Part shown: one piece after another, positions 34,990 through 45,498 of the stretch
How the letters are laid out: every line of letters begins with the position of its first letter
Numbering within the stretch: the stretch's first letter is position 1
From: Alphaproteobacteria bacterium
GTDB taxonomy: Bacteria > Pseudomonadota > Alphaproteobacteria > GCA-2731375
Direction: 5' to 3'
Assembly (NCBI GenBank): GCA_965232515.1
Contig: CBDDPY010000002.1
Location: 1,440,001-1,504,000, forward strand
Length of the DNA: 64,000 nucleotides
Position numbers and translations under genes: made by a program
The notes under the pieces: generated by a model
What the model was told of the DNA's origin: nothing
The model's input: the letters and a program-made list of their open reading frames with translations, nothing else
Database searches by the model: none

Positions 34990-36164
34990 CTGTCGATCTC
35001 CCCGAAGACGATATCGAGGCTGCCGATGATGGCGACGGAATCGGCCAGCAAGTGACCCTTCGCCATGAAGTCGAGCGCCTGCAGGTGCGGAAATCCCGGC
35101 GCCCGGATCTTGCAGCGGTACGGCTTGTTGCTGCCGTCGGCGATCAGATAGACGCCGAATTCGCCTTTCGGCGCCTCGACCGCCGTATAGGTCTCGCCCT
35201 CGGGCACGTGATAGCCCTCGGTGTAGAGCTTGAAGTGATGGATCAGCGCCTCCATTGAGCGCTTCATCTCGCCCCGCGACGGCGGCACCATCTTGCCGTC
35301 GGTGCTGGCGACCGGACCGTCCGGCAGCTTGTCCAGCACCTGCTTGATGATCCGGGCCGACTGCCGCATCTCTTCCAGCCGGCAGAGATAGCGGTCGAAG
35401 CAGTCGCCGTTCTTGCCGACCGGAATGTCGAAATCGTAGTCCTCGTAGCCGTCATAGGGCTGCGCCTTGCGCAGGTCCCACGGCACGCCGCTGCCGCGCA
35501 GCATGACGCCGGTGAAACCCCAGTCCATGGCGTCGTCGGCCGAGACGATGCCGATGTCGGCGTTGCGCTGCCGGAAGATCCGGTTCTCCGTCAGCAGTCC
35601 CTCGACGTCGTCCAGGAAGCTCGGCAGGTGCTCGCAATAGGCATAGATCTCTTCGGCCATGCCGTCGGGCATATCCTGATGCACCCCGCCCGGCCGGAAA
35701 TAAGCGGCGTGCAGGCGCGCGCCGCAAACGCCCTCGTAGAACTCCATCAGCTTCTCACGCTCCTCGAAACCCCAGAGCGCGGGCGTGGTGGCGCCGACGT
35801 CGAGCGCCTGCGTCGTCACGTTCAGAAGGTGGTTGAGGATGCGCGAGACTTCGCCGAACAGCACGCGGATCGCCTGGCCGCGCGGCGGCACCTCGCAGTC
35901 GATCAGCTTCTCGACGGCGAGCGCAAAGGCGTGCTCCTGGTTCATCGGCGCGACATAGTCGAGGCGGTCGAAATACGGCACCGCCTGCAGATAGGTCTTG
36001 TGCTCGATCAGCTTTTCGGTGCCGCGATGCAACAGGCCGATATGCGGGTCGCAACGCTCCACGACCTCGCCGTCGAGCTCCATCACCAAGCGCAGCACGC
36101 CATGCGCGGCCGGATGCTGCGGCCCGAAATTCATGGTCAGGTTCTTGATTTCGACTTCGGCCAT
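34986..36164 (-). CDS. nuoD: NADH-quinone oxidoreductase subunit D
   Basis: [29 protein letters not shown] and C-terminal GEIDR. Confidence 0.98.
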   Translation of the reverse strand: MAEVEIKNLTMNFGPQHPAAHGVLRLVMELDGEVVERCDPHIGLLHRGTEKLIEHKTYLQAVPYFDRLDYVAPMNQEHAFALAVEKLIDCEVPPRGQAIRVLFGEVSRILNHLLNVTTQALDVGATTPALWGFEEREKLMEFYEGVCGARLHAAYFRPGGVHQDMPDGMAEEIYAYCEHLPSFLDDVEGLLTENRIFRQRNADIGIVSADDAMDWGFTGVMLRGSGVPWDLRKAQPYDGYEDYDFDIPVGKNGDCFDRYLCRLEEMRQSARIIKQVLDKLPDGPVASTDGKMVPPSRGEMKRSMEALIHHFKLYTEGYHVPEGETYTAVEAPKGEFGVYLIADGSNKPYRCKIRAPGFPHLQALDFMAKGHLLADSVAIIGSLDIVFGEIDR

Positions 36165-36775
36165 CAGGCTTGTCCTTCAGCCTTCTCGTCGCCGGGCAGA
36201 ATGTATTCGGCGCCTTCCCAGGGACTCATGAAGTCGAAGCTGCGGAACTCCTGCGTCAGGGCCACGGGCTCGTAGACCACCCGCTTCTGCTCATCGTCGT
36301 AGCGCAGCTCGACGAAACCGGTCAGCGGAAAGTCCTTCCGCATCGGGTGGCCCTCGAAGCCGTAGTCAGTCAGCAGCCGGCGCAGATCGGGGTGGTCGCT
36401 GAACAGGATGCCGTAGAGGTCCCAAGCCTCGCGCTCGAACCAGCCGGCCGCCTTGTAGATGCCGGAAACGCTGGGTACCGGCGTCATCTCGTCGGTCTGC
36501 ACTTTCACGCGGATACGCTGGTTATGTTTCAGGCTCAGCAGGTTGTAGACGACATCGAAACGCTCGGCGCGCTCCGGGTGGTCGACCCCGCAGATATCGA
36601 TCAGCAGCTTGAACAGGCATTGCTGATCGTCGCGCAGGAAGGTCATGACCTTGACGATCGCGTCGGCGCGCGTCTGCACCATGAGCTCGCCGTGCGCGAC
36701 CGCGGTCTCGCTCACCTCGCTCGCCAGAGCGGTGGCGATGTACTCGCCCAGTTCGCTGATGCTTTCGTCCGCCAT
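36164..36775 (-). CDS. nuoC: NADH-quinone oxidoreductase subunit C
   Basis: [12 protein letters not shown] and [20 protein letters not shown]. Confidence 0.97.
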   Translation of the reverse strand: MADESISELGEYIATALASEVSETAVAHGELMVQTRADAIVKVMTFLRDDQQCLFKLLIDICGVDHPERAERFDVVYNLLSLKHNQRIRVKVQTDEMTPVPSVSGIYKAAGWFEREAWDLYGILFSDHPDLRRLLTDYGFEGHPMRKDFPLTGFVELRYDDEQKRVVYEPVALTQEFRSFDFMSPWEGAEYILPGDEKAEGQA

Positions 36776-36807
36776 CGACGTCTCTCAATTACCGCCGGTC
36801 GATCCGG

Positions 36808-37347
36808 TCAGCGCAGGAAGGTGCCCGTGCGGCGGATCTTCTTCTGCAACTGAAGAATGCCGTAGACCAGGGCTTCCGCCGTCGGCGGACAACCCGGCAC
36901 GTAGATATCGACCGGCACGATGCGGTCGCAGCCGCGCACCACGGAATAGGAATAGTGATAATAGCCGCCACCGTTGGCGCAGCTGCCCATGGAGATCACA
37001 TAGCGCGGCTCGGCCATCTGGTCGTAGACCTTGCGCAAGGCCGGCGCCATTTTGTTGGTCAGCGTGCCGGCGACGATCATCACATCGGACTGTCGCGGGC
37101 TGGCCCGCGGCACCACGCCGAACCGGTCGAGGTCGTAGCGCGGCATATAGGCGTGGATCATCTCGACGGCGCAGCAGGCGAGGCCAAAGGTCATCGGCCA
37201 GAGCGAACCGGTACGCGCCCAATTCACCAGCTTGTCGACGGAGCTGACGACGAAACCCTTGTCGTTGAGCTCCTCGCTGAAATCCTTGAGGAACGCGTCC
37301 TGCGACGTCGCGTCAGCCGTTGGGTTTGCCGGTGTGGTCATTCCCAT
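36808..37347 (-). CDS. nuoB: NADH-quinone oxidoreductase subunit B
   Basis: [21 protein letters not shown] and PGCPP; start overlaps the nuoA end (37347 or 37341). Confidence 0.97.
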   Translation of the reverse strand: MGMTTPANPTADATSQDAFLKDFSEELNDKGFVVSSVDKLVNWARTGSLWPMTFGLACCAVEMIHAYMPRYDLDRFGVVPRASPRQSDVMIVAGTLTNKMAPALRKVYDQMAEPRYVISMGSCANGGGYYHYSYSVVRGCDRIVPVDIYVPGCPPTAEALVYGILQLQKKIRRTGTFLR

Positions 37348-37703
37348 TCCAGCGCTCCCTTCTTCCACTCGTAAACGAAGCCGATGGTCAATATGGCCAG
37401 AAAGACCATCATCGACCAGAAACCGAAAACACCGATCTCGCCAAGAGATATGGCCCAGGGAAACAGGAAGGCGACTTCGAGGTCGAAGATGATGAACAGG
37501 ATAGCGACAAGATAGAACCGGACGTCGAACTGGCGACGGGCATCGCCGAAGGCCTCGAAGCCGCACTCATAGGCGGACAGCTTTTCCGGGTCAGGGTGTT
37601 GGCGGGCCACGATCATCGAGGCGACAACCATCACCAGCGACAACCCAACCGCGATAGCGAAGAACATCAGGATCGGCAGATATTCTCTGAGCAGGTCTTC
37701 CAT
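37338..37703 (-). CDS. nuoA: NADH-quinone oxidoreductase subunit A
   Basis: [16 protein letters not shown] and [10 protein letters not shown]. Confidence 0.97.
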   Translation of the reverse strand: MEDLLREYLPILMFFAIAVGLSLVMVVASMIVARQHPDPEKLSAYECGFEAFGDARRQFDVRFYLVAILFIIFDLEVAFLFPWAISLGEIGVFGFWSMMVFLAILTIGFVYEWKKGALEWE

Positions 37704-37810
37704 CCGTCCCCCGACTGACGAACGGGACACTCGGCTGACGCCGAACTTGGCGCCTGCGCCCCCTATACCGAACGTCCCAATGCTGTACTTGAATGGCGTT
37801 AGGCGACCTC

Positions 37811-37839
37811 CGTATAGCGATTAATTCGGCGGGCCGCAA
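37811..37839 (-). promoter_or_regulatory. Putative nuo operon promoter
   Basis: Minus strand TTGCGG-N17-TATACG, about 110 nt upstream of nuoA. Confidence 0.45.
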
Positions 37840-37950
37840 GAACGGCCGATTGCGATTGATTGCCGCATGGAAACGCAACGCGGATACGGCCGCCCGAGGG
37901 CGGCGCGATCGCGCCGCGCCGGTCGAATCGGATCGAAGATCGTGGAGAAA

Positions 37951-38027
37951 TGGCGGGAGTGACGGGACTTGAACCCGCGGCCTCTGGCGTGACAGGCCAG
38001 CGCTCTAACCAACTGAGCTACACCCCC
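37951..38027 (-). tRNA. tRNA-Asp (GTC)
   Basis: GGGGGTGTAGCTCAGTTGGTTAGAGC; anticodon arm CTGGC-CTGTCAC-GCCAG; GTTCAAG T loop; encoded CCA. Confidence 0.97.
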
Positions 38028-38044
38028 TGCGCGGAGGACACTGG

Positions 38045-38073
38045 GATGTACTTGCGGCGGCTTGCGAAGTCAA
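38045..38073 (-). promoter_or_regulatory. Putative tRNA-Asp promoter
   Basis: TTGACT-N17-TACATC. Confidence 0.6.
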
Positions 38074-38107
38074 GCAGGAACCCCCTCGGACGGCAATTTG
38101 TGAATGG

Positions 38108-38461
38108 CTATTCCGGTTTCCGCTCGGGCGCCGATGCGTCATGCGGACACGCGGCGAACAGAGCGAAGGTATAAAGCTTGGCCGCCGGTTCATGCCAGCG
38201 CTCAGGGTTGGCCCGCAGCCACTTCGTGAAGATCGCCGCCAATTGTGCCGCTTGCTTGCCGCTGGCGCAGTCCGGAAGCCACCTCAGACGTTCGAATCCC
38301 CCGGCGAAGCTCCAGTTGTACGCGTCGTTCAGGCCGCTGACGTAGGTTTCGCGGTCGTACTCGGCCAGATCGAGGTAGTTCTGCCCCGTCACAAGCTGCC
38401 AGGTTTCAGACGGCGACTGCGCGCCGGCGGGCGGTGACCAAACGAGCCAGGCGACCAACAT
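38108..38461 (-). CDS. Secreted small protein resembling Rap1a/Tai-family immunity proteins
   Basis: Signal-like N-terminus (AGA|Q), then TGQNYL..YVSGLND..C..QL..IF.KWL..NPE.WH.PAA.L...AL...CP. Start uncertain (ATG 38461 or GTG 38467). Confidence 0.7.
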   Translation of the reverse strand: MLVAWLVWSPPAGAQSPSETWQLVTGQNYLDLAEYDRETYVSGLNDAYNWSFAGGFERLRWLPDCASGKQAAQLAAIFTKWLRANPERWHEPAAKLYTFALFAACPHDASAPERKPE

Positions 38462-38496
38462 GATCACACCGCCGCCGACGATCCGAACGGCGGCGT

Positions 38497-38572
38497 TGGT
38501 GGGCGGTGACGGGCTCGAACCGCCGACCTCCTCGGTGTAAACGAGATGCTCTACCAACTGAGCTAACCGCCC
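38497..38572 (-). tRNA. tRNA-Val (TAC)
   Basis: GGGCGGTTAGCTCAGTTGGTAGAGC; anticodon loop TTTACAC; GTTCGAG; encoded CCA. Confidence 0.97.
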
Positions 38573-38592
38573 CGCCGGACTGTTCGGTCGGC

Positions 38593-38621
38593 AAAATGAA
38601 CGATCGCCCCGGCAAATGCAA
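38593..38621 (-). promoter_or_regulatory. Putative tRNA-Val promoter
   Basis: TTGCAT-N17-CATTTT. Confidence 0.5.
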
Positions 38622-38652
38622 CGCGCGCGCCCACCGGTCGGACCGGGACCGC

Positions 38653-38689
38653 AGACAAACGAACGCCGGCCAAAATCGGCCGGCGTTCG
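38653..38689 (-). terminator. Terminator after the HU gene
   Basis: 12-bp inverted repeat CGAACGCCGGCC/GGCCGGCGTTCG followed by TTTGTCT on the minus strand. Confidence 0.75.
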
Positions 38690-38724
38690 CAAATCTCGGT
38701 TGAATCTGACGTTGGGAACGGACG

Positions 38725-38997
38725 TCAGTTAACGGCGTCTTTCAGTCCCTTGCCCGCCTTGAACTTTGGCTGTTTCGATGCCGGGATCTGAATTGTCTCG
38801 CCAGTACGCGGGTTTCGGCCTTGCGTCGCCTTACGCTGCGACACCGAGAAAGTACCGAAGCCCACGAGCCGAACCTCGTCGCCCTTCTGCAGGCAATTGG
38901 TGATCAAGTCGAACACCGCGTCCACCGCTTTGGTGGCATCGCCCCGTGAGAGATCGGTGTTGTCAGCGACGGCTGCGATAAGATCGTTCTTATTCAC
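38725..38997 (-). CDS. hupB: DNA-binding protein HU
   Basis: MNKNDLI, GFGTF, GRNPRTGE and FKAGKGLKDAVN; GTG start with GGGGG RBS; follows lon. Confidence 0.96.
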   Translation of the reverse strand: MNKNDLIAAVADNTDLSRGDATKAVDAVFDLITNCLQKGDEVRLVGFGTFSVSQRKATQGRNPRTGETIQIPASKQPKFKAGKGLKDAVN

Positions 38998-39072
38998 TTA
39001 AGCCCCCTTTTTCGTTATGTGCAGTTTAATAGAAGAAGTGTTGGCGATTTCGCCGGCCTATGGAGCGCGGAA

Positions 39073-39101
39073 AGTCTAGGCACGACATGCATATAGGTCA
39101 A
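39073..39101 (-). promoter_or_regulatory. Putative HU promoter
   Basis: TTGACC-N17-TAGACT. Confidence 0.65.
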
Positions 39102-39102
39102 A

Positions 39103-39132
39103 GAAAAAACCGGACAAAAGCCCGGTTTTTTC
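39103..39132. terminator. Terminator-like hairpin after lon
   Basis: GAAAAAACCGG-N8-CCGGTTTTTTC. Confidence 0.7.
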
Positions 39133-39155
39133 CCGATCTTGACATACTGAACCAC

Positions 39156-41561
<2,406 letters not shown>

Positions 41562-41685
41562 TACGTCGCCTTAGGTGATGTGGGCGCTCGCGGCCTGCAA
41601 GCGCCAATGAGAAGGCACAACTTAGGATGCGCCAGACAAAATACTAGATGGCCCGTCCGGCCAATGGGTCAAGATCGGCCCCAAG

Positions 41686-42951
41686 CTAGGCGCCGGTGCT
41701 CATGTCCTCCTGCCGATCCGAATAGATGTAGAGCGGGCTCGCACGGCCCTCGACGACCTCGCCATTGATGACGACTTCCTCGGCGCCCTCCAGCGAGGGC
41801 AGTTCGTACATCGTTTCGAGCAGGATGTTCTCCATGATTGACCGCAAACCGCGGGCGCCGGTTTTGCGCGCGATTGCCTTGCGCGCGATCGCCCGCAGGG
41901 CGTCTTCGGAGAACGCCAGCTTGGTCTCTTCCATCTCGAACAGCCGCTGATACTGCTTGACCAGCGCGTTCTTCGGCTTGGTCAGGATCTCGACCAGCGC
42001 ATTCTCGTCCAGATCTTCCAGCGTCGCGACGACCGGCAAACGGCCGACGAATTCCGGGATCAGACCGAACTTCAGCAGGTCCTCGGGCTCGAGCTCGCGC
42101 AGCACCTCACCGGTCTGCCGTTCGTCGGCCGCCCGTACGTCGGCGCCGAAGCCGATCGAGGTGCCCTTGCCGCGCTGCGAGATCAGCTTGTCGAGGCCGG
42201 CGAAGGCGCCGCCGCAAATGAACAGGATGTTGGTCGTGTCGACCTGCAGGAACTCCTGCTGCGGATGCTTGCGTCCGCCTTGCGGCGGGACGCTGGCGAC
42301 CGTGCCTTCCATGATCTTCAGCAGCGCCTGCTGCACGCCCTCGCCCGACACGTCGCGGGTGATCGACGGGTTGTCGGACTTGCGGCTGATCTTGTCGACC
42401 TCGTCGATATAGACGATGCCGCGCTGCGCGCGCTCGACATTGTAGTCGGCGGCCTGCAGCAGCTTCAGGATGATGTTCTCGACGTCCTCGCCGACATAAC
42501 CGGCTTCGGTCAGCGTCGTCGCGTCGGCCATCGTGAACGGCACGTCGATGATGCGCGCCAGCGTCTGCGCCAGCAGCGTCTTGCCGCAGCCCGTTGGACC
42601 GATCAGCAGGATGTTCGACTTGGCGATCTCGATGTCGTTGTTCTTCGCGCCGGCGTTCAACCGCTTGTAGTGGTTGTGCACGGCCACCGACAGCACGCGC
42701 TTGGCATGGTCCTGGCCAATCACGTAATCGTCCAGCACCTTGCAGATCTCGGCCGGCGTCGGCACGCCGTCGCTGGTCTTGACCAGCGAGCTCTTGTTCT
42801 CCTCGCGGATGATATCCATGCAGAGCTCGACGCATTCATCACAGATGAACACCGTCGGGCCGGCAATAAGCTTCCTAACTTCGTGCTGGCTCTTGCCGCA
42901 GAAGGAGCAGTACAGCGTGTTCTTAGAATCGCCGCCACTCAGCTTGGTCAT
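41686..42951 (-). CDS. clpX: ClpX ATPase
   Basis: CSFCGK zinc finger, [16 protein letters not shown] and IGF loop. Confidence 0.98.
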   Translation of the reverse strand: MTKLSGGDSKNTLYCSFCGKSQHEVRKLIAGPTVFICDECVELCMDIIREENKSSLVKTSDGVPTPAEICKVLDDYVIGQDHAKRVLSVAVHNHYKRLNAGAKNNDIEIAKSNILLIGPTGCGKTLLAQTLARIIDVPFTMADATTLTEAGYVGEDVENIILKLLQAADYNVERAQRGIVYIDEVDKISRKSDNPSITRDVSGEGVQQALLKIMEGTVASVPPQGGRKHPQQEFLQVDTTNILFICGGAFAGLDKLISQRGKGTSIGFGADVRAADERQTGEVLRELEPEDLLKFGLIPEFVGRLPVVATLEDLDENALVEILTKPKNALVKQYQRLFEMEETKLAFSEDALRAIARKAIARKTGARGLRSIMENILLETMYELPSLEGAEEVVINGEVVEGRASPLYIYSDRQEDMSTGA

Positions 42952-43161
42952 GTGCACCCCACACGTCCGGACGCCCAAATCATGTTAATCACCGGCGCCA
43001 TTTACGAACAACCGAAATGTCATGGCTCGACAAACTACCCGTCCGTAATCTGGCGAACCTAACCCGAATCGGCTGCAAGCACTACGAATAGCATAGCCGG
43101 GAGCCAATCAATAATTCGTTAAGCGGAGGCTTCCGTTAACCAAATTTGTTAACTGTTCCCG

Positions 43162-43824
43162 CTAACCGTTGTCATTGCCGCCGGCAGACCCGTCCGCCGC
43201 CGCATTCTCGTCTTCAGGACGGGTCAGGACCACGTCGTCGATCAGGCCGAATTCCTTGGCCTTGTCGGCGGTCATGAAGTTGTCGCGTTCCATCGCGTCC
43301 TCGATCACGGACAACGCCTGGCCCGTATGCTTGACATACATGTCGTTCAGCCGCGCCCGCATTTCCAGTATTTCGCGGGCGTGGATCTCGATATCCGTCG
43401 CCTGACCCTGGAACCCGCCCGAGGGCTGATGGACCATGATCCGCGCGTTCGGCAGGGCGTAGCGCTTGCCGGGCGCGCCGGCCGCCAGCAGCAGCGAGCC
43501 CATCGACGCCGCCTGGCCGGTGCAGAGCGTCGACACATCCGGCCGGATGTACTGCATGGTGTCGTAGATCGCCAGGCCCGAGGTGACGATGCCGCCGGGC
43601 GAATTGATGTAGAGCGAAATGTCCTTGCGCGGGTTCTCGGCCTCGAGGAACAGCAACTGGGCCGACACCAGGCTGGCCATGCCGTCATGTACCGGTCCGA
43701 CGATGAAGACGATGCGTTCCTTCAGCAGCCGCGAGTAGATATCGTAGGCGCGCTCGCCGCGGTTGGTCTGCTCGACCACCATCGGCACCAGCGTGTTCAT
43801 GTAATGGTCTTCGGGATTACTCAT
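43162..43824 (-). CDS. clpP: ClpP protease subunit
   Basis: [23 protein letters not shown] and HQPSGG; start uncertain (43824 chosen). Confidence 0.97.
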   Translation of the reverse strand: MSNPEDHYMNTLVPMVVEQTNRGERAYDIYSRLLKERIVFIVGPVHDGMASLVSAQLLFLEAENPRKDISLYINSPGGIVTSGLAIYDTMQYIRPDVSTLCTGQAASMGSLLLAAGAPGKRYALPNARIMVHQPSGGFQGQATDIEIHAREILEMRARLNDMYVKHTGQALSVIEDAMERDNFMTADKAKEFGLIDDVVLTRPEDENAAADGSAGGNDNG

Positions 43825-43902
43825 CGGATTTGCCCATCTTCGGTTGGCACTTGCCGTTGCGGCCATTGACGGCGGTGGTCTGGATCGGGGCCACGGCGGC
43901 CA

Positions 43903-45264
43903 TCATGTCTTCTCGGCGCCCTCTTCAGGCTCGGCTGACCCGTCGTCGTCCGGATCGCGCATCAACTCGTCCAAGTCGACCGTTCGATCCGTCACGTCGG
44001 CCATTTCCAAGATAAAGTCAACGACCTTGTCTTCAAGGAGCGGCGCGCGCAACTGCGCCTGCGCCTCGGCATTGCTCTGGAAGTATTCGAAAACCTGCTG
44101 CTCCTGGCCCTGAAAGCGGCGGGCCTGGTCGGCGATCGCGCGGGTCAGTTCTTCCTGACTGACCTCGATGTTGTTCTGCCGGCCGACTTCAGACAGCAAA
44201 AGTCCCAGGCGCACCCGGCGTTCGGCAATCTTGCGGTATTCGCCCTTGGCCTCTTCTTCCGGCTTGTCCAGATCTTCGATGGTCTTGCCCTGATCTTCCA
44301 GGTCCTTGGTCACCTGCCCCCAAATCGCCTCGAACTCGGCATCCACCATGCCCGGCGGCACCTCGAACTGCTGCGCATCGTCGAGCGCGTCGAGCAGGGT
44401 CCGCTTCAAGCGCGCCCGGCTGAGCCCGGCATAGTCCTGGCCCATCTGCTCGCGCAGGTTGGTGCGCAGAGCGTCCAGGTTCTCCAGCCCCAGCTTTTCC
44501 GCCAGACTGTCATCGACCGGCACCGGCAGCGGCACCTTGACCTGCTTGACGTCGACGGCGAACTCGGCCGCCTTGCCGGCGAGATCGGCGCTGCCGTACT
44601 CCTCGGGGAAGGTGACGCTGACGGTCTTGCTCTCGCCGGCCTTCAGGCCGACAAGTTGGTCCTCGAAGCCCGGAATAAACGACCCGCTGCCGAGCTCGAG
44701 CTGAAAGTCGTTGGCGGCGCCGCCCTCGAATTCCTCGCCGTCGATCGATCCCTTGAAGTCGATGACGACGGCGTCGCCCTCGGCGGCCGTCTGATCTTCG
44801 GCGGCGTCTGAGAACGACTTCATCTGATCGGCCAGCGCCGACAGCCGCTCGTCGACAGCGCTGTCGGCGACCTCGGCGACCATGCGCTCAAGCTTGATGC
44901 CGGAAAAGTCGATCGGCTCGATGGTCGGCATCAACTCGACGGCGATCGTGTATTCCAGGTCCGAACCGTCCTCGAACTTGGTGATCTCGATCTTCGGCTG
45001 CATGGCCGGCCGCAGGTCCTTGTCCTCCAGCACCTTGCTGGTGGACTCGTTCACGGTCTCCTCCAGCACCTCGCCCATGACCCGTTGGCCGTAGGTTTTG
45101 CGCAGCAGCGGCACCGGCACCTTGCCGGGCCGGAAGCCGGGCATGCGGATCTGATGCGCCAGCTCGGTCAGCTTGCTGGTCAGCTTGTTGTCCAGATCCT
45201 TGGCGTCGACAACGACGCTCATTTCGCGCCTCAGACCTTCGGATAGCGTTTCCGTCACCTGCAT
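43903..45264 (-). CDS. tig: Trigger factor
   Basis: PGFRPGKVP, FKBP domain FIPGFEDQL, RRVRLGLLL. Confidence 0.97.
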   Translation of the reverse strand: MQVTETLSEGLRREMSVVVDAKDLDNKLTSKLTELAHQIRMPGFRPGKVPVPLLRKTYGQRVMGEVLEETVNESTSKVLEDKDLRPAMQPKIEITKFEDGSDLEYTIAVELMPTIEPIDFSGIKLERMVAEVADSAVDERLSALADQMKSFSDAAEDQTAAEGDAVVIDFKGSIDGEEFEGGAANDFQLELGSGSFIPGFEDQLVGLKAGESKTVSVTFPEEYGSADLAGKAAEFAVDVKQVKVPLPVPVDDSLAEKLGLENLDALRTNLREQMGQDYAGLSRARLKRTLLDALDDAQQFEVPPGMVDAEFEAIWGQVTKDLEDQGKTIEDLDKPEEEAKGEYRKIAERRVRLGLLLSEVGRQNNIEVSQEELTRAIADQARRFQGQEQQVFEYFQSNAEAQAQLRAPLLEDKVVDFILEMADVTDRTVDLDELMRDPDDDGSAEPEEGAEKT

Positions 45265-45321
45265 GGGTGTCACCCGGTGCCTTCTGTTGACTGTAATCGG
45301 GAAGTGGTCGGTGCCAGTAAA

Positions 45322-45406
45322 TGGTGCGGGCGGAGGGATTTGAACCCCCACGACTTTCGTCACCAGGACCTAAACCTGGCGCGTCTACCAGTTCCGCCAC
45401 GCCCGC
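45322..45406 (-). tRNA. tRNA-Leu (TAG)
   Basis: GCGGGCGTGGCGGAACTGGTAGAC; CCAGG-TTTAGGT-CCTGG; long variable arm; CCA; canonical position upstream of tig. Confidence 0.97.
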
Positions 45407-45498
45407 AAAAACGCCGCGACATGCTGCGCCGTCCTGAACGGGCGGCACTCTATAGCACAGCTTTTTTCGCCAAAGAAAGCGATTAAAGCGCCAGTTTG

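Noticed and set aside
38004-38025. Identity of more than 20 nt between tRNA-Asp and tRNA-His 5' halves as a possible att direct repeat
   Set aside because: Both are complete tRNAs sharing a common D-arm sequence; no partial tRNA duplicate or integrase was seen.
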